A DNA stretch of 21,373 nt, filler included, from Angustibacter luteus (GTDB lineage: Bacteria; Actinomycetota; Actinomycetes; Actinomycetales; Angustibacteraceae): assembly GCF_039541115.1 (NCBI RefSeq). It is 4 parts of 4 records of this genome, joined end to end, with 100 filler letters (N's around TTAATTAATTAA, not from the genome) between each part and the next. Parts side by side here need not be neighbours in the genome. Positions count along the whole stretch, not along the records: positions 1 to 2,248 come from NZ_BAABFP010000001.1; positions 2,349 to 6,181 come from NZ_BAABFP010000003.1; positions 6,282 to 9,180 come from NZ_BAABFP010000006.1; 1 more part is not named here. One strand, 5' to 3'. A program made the position numbers and the translations under genes. This document shows, in pieces, positions 1 through 7,329 of this stretch (position 1 is the first letter of the stretch; each line of letters starts with the position of its first letter). The notes below the pieces were generated by a model. The model was not told the DNA's origin. It worked only from the letters and a program-made list of their open reading frames with translations, and searched no databases.

Positions 1-52
1 CGTCTACGACGACACCAACCTGCCCGCGCGCATCCGCCGCAACGGCGCCTGA
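1..52 (+). CDS. 3' end (partial) of a paralogue of the beta-helix secreted protein
   Basis: The frame starting at 2 reads VYDDTNLPARIRRNGA*, matching the C-terminus VYDDNGQPARIRRNG* of ORF 218..2062. Truncated by the window/contig start. Confidence 0.75.
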   Translation, partial: VYDDTNLPARIRRNGA

Positions 53-61
53 AGCACCTCG
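1..61. repeat. 61-bp exact inverted repeat, left copy (partner 2188-2248)
   Basis: 1-61 is the exact reverse complement of 2188-2248; identity stops at 62/2187. Confidence 0.95.
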
Positions 62-122
62 GGCACTATTGGGTAACGCTTTCCGCTACTTTGGGTGAGA
101 ATTTGTTACTCTAGGTCGAGAG

Positions 123-247
123 AACTAGTCCGTTTGACCACAAAGAGGCACCGCCAGCGCAAGTCCGTATAACGATCCGACTTTGCATAGCACCCTGTGA
201 CCTGACACTCTGCCCGGGTGATCGGCCACCACCCAAACGGACTAGTT
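123..247. promoter_or_regulatory. Perfect 14-bp inverted repeat AACTAGTCCGTTTG (123-136) / CAAACGGACTAGTT (234-247) in an AT-richer upstream region; candidate operator sites
   Basis: The repeat is read directly from the sequence. Related half-sites TTGGGTAA and TTGGGTGA occur at about 69-98. The regulatory function is inferred. Confidence 0.45.
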
Positions 248-2062
248 ACTTCGAGACCGACGAGCGCGGGGGCGCATCGTCTCCAGACCCCAGCCCGGCA
301 CGCGGCTGCCCGGGAGGGACACCGCGCGCCACGCGTGCTGCGCCCGCTGCGCGGTCAACGTGGCCCGATGGCGGCTGTCGCCGTCGTCGTGGCGATGCTC
401 AGCTCGATCTGGGCCGCGTCGGGCAACGTCGCGTTCGGGGGCCCGACGACGACGTTCGCGGATGGCTTCGACCGCACGGTGCAACACGGCCTCGGCTCCG
501 CGGAGCAGGGCGGCGCCTGGCAGCTGGGCGGCAGCTCCGCCGGGACCTCGGTCGCGAGCGGTGCCGCCCACCTGGCGCTGGCCACCGGCGCCGGCGTCGA
601 CGCCGAGCTCAAGTCGGTGACCACCGCGAGCACCGACCTGCTCAGCACCCTGGCGATCGCCCGCCCGAACACCAAGGGCGGCGGCACCTACGTGACCTTC
701 GTCGGACGCCGGGTCGGCAGGGACCAGTACAGCGCCGTGCTGCGCTACCGGTCCGACGGGCAGCTCGCGCTGTCCCTGTTCGGCGGCCCTCCGGTCTCGA
801 CGTCCAACCTCGGCGGGGTCATCGTCCCCGGCGCCACCGCCGCGGCCCAGACGCCGCTGGTGGTGCGGCTGAGCGTGCAGGGGCTCTCGCCCACCAAGCT
901 GGCCGCCAAGGCCTGGCCCGTCGGCGCACCCGAGCCCGCCGCGTGGATGGTGAGCCGTTCGGACAACCGCGCCTCGCTCCAGCGCGCCGGCTCGGTCGGG
1001 CTGTCCGTCTACCAGTCCAGCGGCAGCCCCGGCGGTCAGGATGTCGTGGTGAGCGACTTCCGCAGCAGGGGTACCGGGACACCCGTCCCGGAGCCGACGG
1101 CGACCACCACGGCACCGACGACCACCACGACGGCACCCAAGCCCACCACCAGCACCACCACGGCGAAGCCCACGACCACCACGACGGCACCCAAGCCCAC
1201 CACCAGCACCACCACGGCCAAGCCCACGACCAGCACCACCACCACGGCCACGCCCACCACGACGACCGCTCCGGCACCGCCCTCGGGTGGGCGGCCGGGT
1301 GCCTCCAACACCGGCGTGCCGGCCGGCACCGCGCTGACTGTGCACCAGGGTGATCTGACGATCACCACGGCCGGTGCCGTGGTGCAGGGGCTGGACGTGC
1401 GTGGGTTCGTGAAGATCAGCGCCGCCAACGTGACCTTCAAGAACTCGGTCGTCCGGGGCCGGCCCATCGCCGGCCAGACCGCCGCCCTGGTGAGCTCGAA
1501 CAGCCCCGGGGTGGTGATCTCCGACGTGGAGCTGGCTCAGGCCACCGCGCAGCCCGGCGTGGACGGGCTGAAGGGGTACGGCTTCACGGCCCGTCGGCTG
1601 AACATCCACGCTGTCAACGACACGGTGCAGATCTATGGCAGCAACACCTCGCTGACCGCGTCCTGGCTGCACGACAACCTGCACTACGTCAGCGACCCGA
1701 CCTGGGGCGGCAAGGGCAGCCACGACGACAGCATCCAGGTGCAGGGCGGCTCCAACATCAAGCTGACCGGCAACGCGCTGTCCGGCGCCTACAACGCCGG
1801 GCTGATGGTCACCCAGGACGTGGCGGCGACGCGGAACCTGACCTTCACCGGCAACTGGGCCGACGGTGGCGGCTGCACGGTGAACATCGCCGAGAAGTCG
1901 TACGGCCCGCTCCAGGGGCTCGTGGTGAACAGCAACCGGTTCGGCCGCAACACCCGGGTCGCCGACTGCCCGGTGATCACCCCGGCGACCACTCCCATGG
2001 TGGCTGACGGCAACGTCTACGACGACAACGGCCAGCCCGCCCGGATCCGCCGCAACGGCTGA
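218..2062 (+). CDS. Secreted/membrane-anchored protein: N-terminal beta-sandwich domain, Thr/Pro-rich linker, C-terminal right-handed parallel beta-helix (pectin-lyase-like) domain
   Basis: GC-rich third codon positions; hydrophobic signal-like segment MAAVAVVVAMLSSIWAA; PT-rich linker; beta-helix-like repeats (ANVTFKNSVV, SNTSLTASWLHD, HDDSIQVQGGSNIKLTGN, NLTFTGNW). The start is uncertain (GTG 218, GTG 335 or ATG 368). Confidence 0.8.
   Translation: MIGHHPNGLVTSRPTSAGAHRLQTPARHAAAREGHRAPRVLRPLRGQRGPMAAVAVVVAMLSSIWAASGNVAFGGPTTTFADGFDRTVQHGLGSAEQGGAWQLGGSSAGTSVASGAAHLALATGAGVDAELKSVTTASTDLLSTLAIARPNTKGGGTYVTFVGRRVGRDQYSAVLRYRSDGQLALSLFGGPPVSTSNLGGVIVPGATAAAQTPLVVRLSVQGLSPTKLAAKAWPVGAPEPAAWMVSRSDNRASLQRAGSVGLSVYQSSGSPGGQDVVVSDFRSRGTGTPVPEPTATTTAPTTTTTAPKPTTSTTTAKPTTTTTAPKPTTSTTTAKPTTSTTTTATPTTTTAPAPPSGGRPGASNTGVPAGTALTVHQGDLTITTAGAVVQGLDVRGFVKISAANVTFKNSVVRGRPIAGQTAALVSSNSPGVVISDVELAQATAQPGVDGLKGYGFTARRLNIHAVNDTVQIYGSNTSLTASWLHDNLHYVSDPTWGGKGSHDDSIQVQGGSNIKLTGNALSGAYNAGLMVTQDVAATRNLTFTGNWADGGGCTVNIAEKSYGPLQGLVVNSNRFGRNTRVADCPVITPATTPMVADGNVYDDNGQPARIRRNG
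1118..1231 (+). repeat. Intragenic 54-bp tandem repeat (about 2 units, TTTTTAPKPTTSTTTAKP) in the Thr/Pro linker
   Basis: Units 1118-1171 and 1172-1225 differ by one synonymous base (gcg vs gcc). Confidence 0.85.
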
Positions 2063-2077
2063 CCCGCGCAGCACCCT

Positions 2078-2117
2078 GAGCCAGGGCCGACCCGCACCGC
2101 CGGGTCGGCCCTGGCTC
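2078..2117 (+). terminator. Stem-loop terminator downstream of 218..2062
   Basis: Perfect 17-bp stem GAGCCAGGGCCGACCCG/CGGGTCGGCCCTGGCTC with a 6-nt loop, 15 nt after the stop. There is no U-tract, which is common in actinobacteria. Confidence 0.75.
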
Positions 2118-2138
2118 GCGTCGTACCGGGGCAAAGGC

Positions 2139-2178
2139 CGGCAGCCGGCCCCGTCCTGGTGGACGGAGCCGGCTGCCG
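2139..2178 (-). terminator. Stem-loop terminator for the convergent minus-strand paralogue
   Basis: Minus strand reads CGGCAGCCGGC-U-CCGUCC-acca-GGACGG-G-GCCGGCUGCCG. The U-G wobble only forms on the minus strand, and the stem is followed by GCCUUUG. Confidence 0.7.
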
Positions 2179-2196
2179 ACGGTGGAGCGAGGTGCT

Positions 2197-2248
2197 TCAG
2201 GCGCCGTTGCGGCGGATGCGCGCGGGCAGGTTGGTGTCGTCGTAGACG
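2197..2248 (-). CDS. 3' end (partial) of a second paralogue of the beta-helix secreted protein
   Basis: Minus strand reads VYDDTNLPARIRRNGA*, identical in DNA to 1-52. It is followed by its own terminator and truncated by the gap. Confidence 0.75.
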
Positions 2249-2348
2249 NNNNNNNNNNNNNNNNNNNNNNNNNNNNNNNNNNNNNNNNNNNNTTAATTAA
2301 TTAANNNNNNNNNNNNNNNNNNNNNNNNNNNNNNNNNNNNNNNNNNNN
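2249..2348. other. Artificial contig-joining linker (N44-TTAATTAATTAA-N44)
   Basis: 100-nt N block containing a six-frame-stop 12-mer; the same design occurs at all three junctions. Confidence 0.97.
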
Positions 2349-3215
2349 CGACACCTGCTCCACCACCACCCGCACCGACTCCTGCGCCGCATTCAACGCC
2401 GCCGCCATCTGCCCGAGGTCGTCGGCGGAGTCCACCGTGGCGCGGGCCGTCAGGTCGCCGTCCGCCATCGCGTCGATCGCCACCTTCAGGTCACGGACTC
2501 GGCGCACCAGGGCGTTCGCCACCCAGACGGCGAGCGCGAGCCCGATCGCCAGCCCGAGGACGAGGGCGATGAGCACCGCCCGGCTGCCGGCCGCGGCCGC
2601 GTCCTCGGCCTGCTTGGCGAGAGCGGCCGAGTGCGCCGTCAACGCCGCGCTGGCCTGGTCCAGGTCGTCGACGAACGTGTCGATCATCGGCTGGGACTTG
2701 CTGTCCAGCAGGGCCGAGTACCGCGCGTGGTCACCAGCCATCGCCGGCGGGAGGAGCTCGGTGTCGCGCAGCTGCCGCCACGCGTCGAAGTCGGACTTGA
2801 AGGTGTCCCAGGTGGGCATGATCCGGGAACCGCCGGCCGCATCGACCCGAGCGACTGCGGCGTCCAGCTCGACGTCGTTGTCCTTGAGCTTCTTGGCGTA
2901 GGTCTCCTTGTCCTGGATCGAGGAGACGGCAGCGATCTGGGCGATCAGCAGCCGCGCCTTGATCTCGTCCTGGTGGACGGTGCCGCGGTCGGCGACGATC
3001 GTGCGCTGCAGCTGGTAGAGGTCCTGCGCCGAGCCGCGAAGGGCAGCACCGGAAACCGCTGCGGTGATGCCGACGGCTATCGCGACCAGGCTCACGAAAG
3101 CGATCGAGAGCAGGAACTTGGTCCGGACGCTGCGGTCGACGAGCAGCGAGCGCACGCCCCCACGCGACGTGGCCGCACCAGCGGTCGGTGCGTGGGGAGA
3201 GGTCTGCGAGGTCAT
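2349..3215 (-). CDS. Methyl-accepting chemotaxis protein MCP-A, 5' part (TM1, four-helix-bundle-type sensor, TM2, HAMP); signalling domain lost at contig end
   Basis: Two hydrophobic helices flank a helical sensor of about 150 aa; HAMP motif [34 protein letters not shown] before the ATG; directly downstream of cheW. Confidence 0.9.
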
Positions 3216-3238
3216 GGTGGCTACCTTCGGCTTTCGGG

Positions 3239-3655
3239 TCAGAGACCGACGGCGCGGTCGGCGTCCAGGGCCAGGACGAGGCGGTCGGGCAGCTTGTAGG
3301 CACCCAGGATCAGCTCGCGGGCGGCTCCGGTGAGCGTGTCCGGGGCAGGCTCGAAGTCCCGCTCGTCCACCTCGACGACGTCTCCGATCGTGTCGACGAG
3401 CAGGCTCACCGGCTCACCGCCCACCCTGACGACGACCACCATCGGCTCACCCTCGGTGCGCGGCGGCAGGCCCAGCGGCACCCGCAGGTCGACCGCGGTC
3501 AGCACCTGGCCACGGAGGTTGACCAGGCCCGCGACGCGCGGGGGCGCCAGCGGCACCCGGGTGCGGGTCTGGCTGCGCAGCACCTCCTGCACCTGCTCCA
3601 CCGCGATGGCCAGCGTGTGGCCGTCCAACGTGAAGGTCGCGAGCTGGGTGCTCAT
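3239..3655 (-). CDS. cheW: Chemotaxis coupling protein CheW
   Basis: Motifs QLATFTL, VQEVL, TRVPLAPPRVAGLVNLRGQVLTAVDLR and LLVDTIGDVVEV; ATGA overlap with the cheA stop. Confidence 0.95.
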   Translation of the reverse strand: MSTQLATFTLDGHTLAIAVEQVQEVLRSQTRTRVPLAPPRVAGLVNLRGQVLTAVDLRVPLGLPPRTEGEPMVVVVRVGGEPVSLLVDTIGDVVEVDERDFEPAPDTLTGAARELILGAYKLPDRLVLALDADRAVGL

Positions 3656-5964
3656 GCGATCACCGCCTCGGGCTCGGTGGCCACGGAGTGGCCGGCTGCG
3701 ACGGCCTCGGTGACCGTGAAGAAGTTCGGGTCGGCAGCCTGGATGGCCGACCGGACGTCGAGCAGCTCGATCACCCGGTCGCGGACGACCGCAGAGCCGA
3801 GCAGACCGTCGTCCTCGATGTCGCTGCGCACGTCGACGTCGTCCACGATGTCGACGATCTCCTCGACCACGAGGGCCACGCTGCGACCGCCACTCGTGTA
3901 CACGATGACCGTGAGCTCGTCGCCCCGCGCCGACTCGGCGTGCAGGTGCTGGTCCAGCCGGATCGTCGGCAGGATGCCGCCGCGGTACTGGATGACCTCG
4001 CGACGGCCGACCCGCTCCACGCGGCTGGCGTCCACCTGCTCGAGCCGGGTCACCATCGACAGGGGGATCGCCACCTGGCGACCCTCGCCGATGCCGGCGA
4101 GCAGCACCTGGTCGAGCTCGGCGGCGTGCTCGCTGTCGCCGCGCTGCTGAGCCAGGTCACGCTCGAGCGAGTCCTGCCGCATGCAACGCTTGGCCAGGGC
4201 CTGGACGTCGAGGATCAGGGCGACTGCACCGTCGCCCAGAATCGTTGCGCCGGAGTAGATCCCGATCGACTTCAGCTGCGAGGACAGTGGCTTGACCACG
4301 ATCTCCTCGGAGTTCAGCACGCGGTCGACGAGCAGCCCGAACCGCCGGCCGTCCGTCTGCAGCACCGCGATCACCAGCTGGCCGTCGGCTCGGCCGGGGT
4401 CGAGCTCGAGCACGTCGCTCAGCCGGACGATCGGCAGCAGCATCCCGCGCAGGCGGAAGACCTCGGCCGCGCCGACCCGCTCCAGGGAGCTGGCCGCCTG
4501 CGTGCTGTCCAGCGCGACCAGCTCCGCGAGGTTGACCTGCGGGATGGCGTAGCGGTCACCGGCGCACTCGATGGTCAGCGACGAGACGATGGCCAGGGTC
4601 AGCGGGATGCGCAGCCGACAGGTGGTGCCCCGGCCCAGGACGGACTCGATCTCGATCGTGCCGCCGATGGACTCGATGTTGGTCTTGACGACGTCCATGC
4701 CGACGCCCCGGCCGGACACGTTGGTCACGGCGGCGGCCGTGGAGAAGCCTGGCGTGAAGATGAGCTGGAGCACCTCGACCGAGTTGAGCCGGTCGAGCTG
4801 GGCCGCGGTGCGCAGACCCTTCTCCAGCATCTTGGCGCGGATCCGCGACGGGTCGATGCCGGCGCCGTCGTCGGTGACCTCCACGACGACCTGGCCACCC
4901 TCGTGGAAGGCCCGCAGGGTCAGCACGCCCTCGGCGGACTTGCCGGCGGCGACCCGGTCGGCGGACCCCTCGAGGCCGTGGTCCACGGCGTTGCGGACCA
5001 GGTGCGTCAACGGGTCCTTCACAGCCTCGAGCAGAGTGCGGTCCAGCTCGGTCTCACGACCGACCATCTCGAGGCGGACCTGCTTGCCGCACTGGGCACC
5101 CAGGTCACGGACGACGCGCGGCAGCTTCGACCACAGGTGGTCGATGGGCTGCATGCGCGTCTTCATGACGCCCTCCTGCAGCTCGCTCGCGATCAGGTTG
5201 AGCCGCTGCGAGGCGCGGACCAGGTCCACGTCGTCCTGCAAGCCGGCCTGACGGACGATCTGGTTGCGGCACAGCACGAGCTCGCCGACCTGGCGCATCA
5301 GGCTGTCGAGCAGGTCGACGTCCACCCGGATCGAGGAGTCGGCGACCGAGCGCTTCGCGCCGGTAGGCACGTCGGGCTCGTCGGCGACGACCTCGGCCGG
5401 GACGACCGGAGCGACCGCGGCGGCCTGGACGACGGGCGCGGGCTCCACGACAGCCTCGACGACAGCGTCGACGACAGACTCCACTTCAGCCTCGACGACG
5501 TCTTCGACGACAGCCTCGACGACGGTCTCGACGACGGTCTCGACGACGGGAGCAGGCCCAGCAGCAGCAACCGGGACGTCCCCATCGAGCACGGCCTGGA
5601 TGCGCGCGACGATCGGGGCGACCTCGACCGAGCCCTCCGTGCCGTCCACCTCGATGGCAGCCAGCAGCTCGCGGACACCGTCCACCATGGCCAGCAGGAC
5701 GTCGGCGATCGGGGCGGTCATGGTGAGCTTGCCGTCCCGCAGCCGGGCCAGCAGGTTCTCGCCCACGTGGGTCAGCGCCTCCAGCCGCGAGAACGCGAGG
5801 AAGCCACTGGTGCCCTTGATGGTGTGGATGGTCCGGAACACGCTCGCGAGCAGCTCGCGCGAGCCGGGCTCGCGCTCGAGCTCGACGAAGTCCCGGTCGA
5901 GCTGGTCGAGGTTCTCGTGGCTCTCCACCAGGAACTCCTGGACGATCTCGTCCGTGTCGTCCAC
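3652..5964 (-). CDS. cheA: Chemotaxis histidine kinase CheA (HPt, linker, dimerisation, HATPase, two CheW-like domains)
   Basis: HPt FRTIHTIKGTSGFL; SIRVDVDLLD; N-box HLVRNAVDHG; DDGAGID; IFTPGFSTA; SGRGVGMDVVK; RBS AGGAGA before the GTG. Confidence 0.97.
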   Translation of the reverse strand: MDDTDEIVQEFLVESHENLDQLDRDFVELEREPGSRELLASVFRTIHTIKGTSGFLAFSRLEALTHVGENLLARLRDGKLTMTAPIADVLLAMVDGVRELLAAIEVDGTEGSVEVAPIVARIQAVLDGDVPVAAAGPAPVVETVVETVVEAVVEDVVEAEVESVVDAVVEAVVEPAPVVQAAAVAPVVPAEVVADEPDVPTGAKRSVADSSIRVDVDLLDSLMRQVGELVLCRNQIVRQAGLQDDVDLVRASQRLNLIASELQEGVMKTRMQPIDHLWSKLPRVVRDLGAQCGKQVRLEMVGRETELDRTLLEAVKDPLTHLVRNAVDHGLEGSADRVAAGKSAEGVLTLRAFHEGGQVVVEVTDDGAGIDPSRIRAKMLEKGLRTAAQLDRLNSVEVLQLIFTPGFSTAAAVTNVSGRGVGMDVVKTNIESIGGTIEIESVLGRGTTCRLRIPLTLAIVSSLTIECAGDRYAIPQVNLAELVALDSTQAASSLERVGAAEVFRLRGMLLPIVRLSDVLELDPGRADGQLVIAVLQTDGRRFGLLVDRVLNSEEIVVKPLSSQLKSIGIYSGATILGDGAVALILDVQALAKRCMRQDSLERDLAQQRGDSEHAAELDQVLLAGIGEGRQVAIPLSMVTRLEQVDASRVERVGRREVIQYRGGILPTIRLDQHLHAESARGDELTVIVYTSGGRSVALVVEEIVDIVDDVDVRSDIEDDGLLGSAVVRDRVIELLDVRSAIQAADPNFFTVTEAVAAGHSVATEPEAVIA
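5443..5547 (-). repeat. Degenerate 12-bp tandem repeat (about 9 VVEx units) in the CheA HPt-dimerisation linker
   Basis: Protein VVETVVETVVEAVVEDVVEAEVESVVDAVVEAVVE; DNA units resemble GTCGTCGAGACC/GTCGTCGAGGCT. Confidence 0.8.
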
Positions 5965-6006
5965 GTGCTTCTCCTGAATTGCCGAGGTCGGTCCGTCGAA
6001 CGACCC

Positions 6007-6032
6007 ATCGGCGGTGCCGGGGTGGACCTGAG
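6007..6032 (-). promoter_or_regulatory. Putative FliA/WhiG-family (sigma-28-like) promoter for cheA-cheW-mcp
   Basis: Minus strand CTCA-N16-GCCGAT, 42 nt upstream of the cheA start. It matches the actinobacterial flagellar consensus CTCA-N15-17-GCCGAA as I recall it from Actinoplanes. Confidence 0.7.
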
Positions 6033-6072
6033 GTGATCACCGACCCCTCGTGGGGACGGCTCGTAGGGACGA

Positions 6073-6107
6073 CGGAGCCGGCCCACCCTGAGGGTGAGCC
6101 GGCTCCG
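6073..6107 (-). terminator. Stem-loop downstream of an MCP stop
   Basis: Minus strand reads CGGAGCCGGC-U-CACCC...GGGUG-G-GCCGGCUCCG, with a U-G pair, 14 nt after the TGA at 6122. Confidence 0.7.
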
Positions 6108-6121
6108 GTAGAACGCCTGTG

Positions 6122-6181
6122 TCAGTAGGTGAAGCGGGCGATCTGGGTGCGGAGCTGGGCCGCCATCACCGACAGCTCCTC
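6122..6181 (-). CDS. 3' end (partial) of an MCP gene; identical-tail copy 1
   Basis: Reads EELSVMAAQLRTQIARFTY*, homologous to the end of the complete MCP ([19 protein letters not shown]). Identical to 9121-9180 and 21313-21372. Confidence 0.85.
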   Translation of the reverse strand, partial: EELSVMAAQLRTQIARFTY

Positions 6182-6281
6182 NNNNNNNNNNNNNNNNNNN
6201 NNNNNNNNNNNNNNNNNNNNNNNNNTTAATTAATTAANNNNNNNNNNNNNNNNNNNNNNNNNNNNNNNNNNNNNNNNNNNN
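6182..6281. other. Artificial contig-joining linker
   Basis: N44-TTAATTAATTAA-N44. Confidence 0.97.
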
Positions 6282-7189
6282 GAGACCGACAACTCCTCCG
6301 AACTCGACGCCACCGACACCGCCGACGCCGACACCTGCTCCAGGACGGCCCGCAGGTTCTCGAGCGCATGGTCCAGGGCCGCGCCCATCCGACCGAGCTC
6401 GTCGCGGCTGCGCAGCCCGGTCGGGTGGGTCAGGTCACCGTCGGCGAGGGCCTGGACGGCGGCCCGGACCCGACCGACCGCACCCGCGATGGAGCGGGCG
6501 ACCAGCAGGGACAGCAGGGCCACGGCCAGCCCGGTCAGCACGACCGTGATCCACAGGGATCGCAGCGCGCTCGACTTGGCGTCGTCCGCCTCCTTCGTCG
6601 CCTGCTGCGCCGCCTGGTCCACGGTCTCGGTCAGCCCCGACAGGGAGGTCTCCAGGGACCGGAAGGACTCCAGGAACGCCGGGTACGCGGCCTGGGCGGC
6701 CGCGGGGTTGGTCAGCGTGAGCCCGACGAGCCGGGCCGCCGAGCTGGTGTAGGCGTCCAGGTCCGGGCCGACCGCCGCCACCGCGGCCGCCGTCGCGCCA
6801 CCCAGGCCGGAGACCTTGGCGACCTCGACGCTGTCCTGCAACGTCTTGGACTGGGCCGGCAGGTCGTCGGAGGCCTCGTCGCCCTCGGGCTTGCCGGCGA
6901 ACAGGATCGCCTGCAGGACGTCGCCGCGAACGGCGTCGTGGGCCATGTCACCGCCCATCAGGGTGCTCTGCAGCCGACCGAGCTCGAGCAGCCGCTGGTT
7001 GCTCGACTCAAGGGTCTGGACGGCGTTGACCGAGACGGCCATCAGCGCGGCGAGGCCGACCAGGGCGATCGCGACCCCAGCACCGAGCTTGGTCCGCACG
7101 GAGCGGTTGACGAACCAGCCGTGACGCACGCGCGGCCCGGCTGGGGCCGTGCTCGGCTCGGTCGATGCTGCCGTGGTCACTGCGGACAC
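6282..7189 (-). CDS. Methyl-accepting chemotaxis protein MCP-B, 5' part (TM1, helical sensor, TM2, HAMP, start of signalling domain)
   Basis: Two TM helices; sensor motif DMAHDAVRGDV; HAMP LADGDLTHPTGLRSRDELGRMGAALD; methylation-type helix VASSSEELS; RBS AGGAGG before the GTG. Confidence 0.9.
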
Positions 7190-7251
7190 GACGTCCTCCT
7201 GGTGGATGGGTCCCCGGTGCCGCGAGACCGTCCCGCGCCATCATCGACAAG

Positions 7252-7277
7252 ATCGACGCGTCGTTTCCCCACCTGAT
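7252..7277 (-). promoter_or_regulatory. Putative FliA-type promoter for MCP-B
   Basis: Minus strand ATCA-N16-GTCGAT, with one mismatch per box and the same 16-nt spacer as the other two sites. Confidence 0.5.
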
Positions 7278-7286
7278 GGTTTCGGG

Positions 7287-7318
7287 GGTTGCGGTGTGGC
7301 GCGCGCCACACCGGAACC
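7287..7318 (-). terminator. Palindromic stem-loop after MCP-C
   Basis: Perfect 22-nt palindrome CGGTGTGGCGCGCGCCACACCG (7292-7313), extended by GGTT/AACC, just after the stop at 7330. Confidence 0.7.
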
Positions 7319-7329
7319 TGCGCCCGGGG

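Noticed and set aside
196..211. CRP/GlxR site (TGTGA...)
   Set aside because: Only one half-site matches (TGTGA-N6-ACTCT).
1090..1280. CRISPR-like or VNTR-like repeat array (also 5443-5547)
   Set aside because: These are in-frame coding repeats of linkers, with no unique spacers and no cas genes.
242..2134. 630-aa minus-strand ORF, and similar long antisense ORFs (3688..6036, 7165..8964, 11665..13035, 12761..15430, 18214..19413, 19407..20693)
   Set aside because: These are shadow frames of real GC3-rich genes: Arg/Gly/His-rich, motif-free and fully overlapping recognisable CDSs.
1..2248. Transposon or MITE with 61-bp terminal inverted repeats
   Set aside because: The repeats are protein-coding 3' ends cut at the same roughly 61-nt assembly overlap seen at other contig ends. 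There is no transposase or target duplication.
2293..2304. TTAATTAATTAA palindrome recurring three times (also 6226-6237 and 9225-9236)
   Set aside because: Each is centred in a 100-nt N block. This is an artificial six-frame-stop contig linker, not a biological site.
2301..7189. MCP-A and MCP-B as truncated pseudogenes or sensor-only proteins
   Set aside because: Their ORF-track stops come from the linker. The frames are open up to the contig ends, and matching 3' ends exist.
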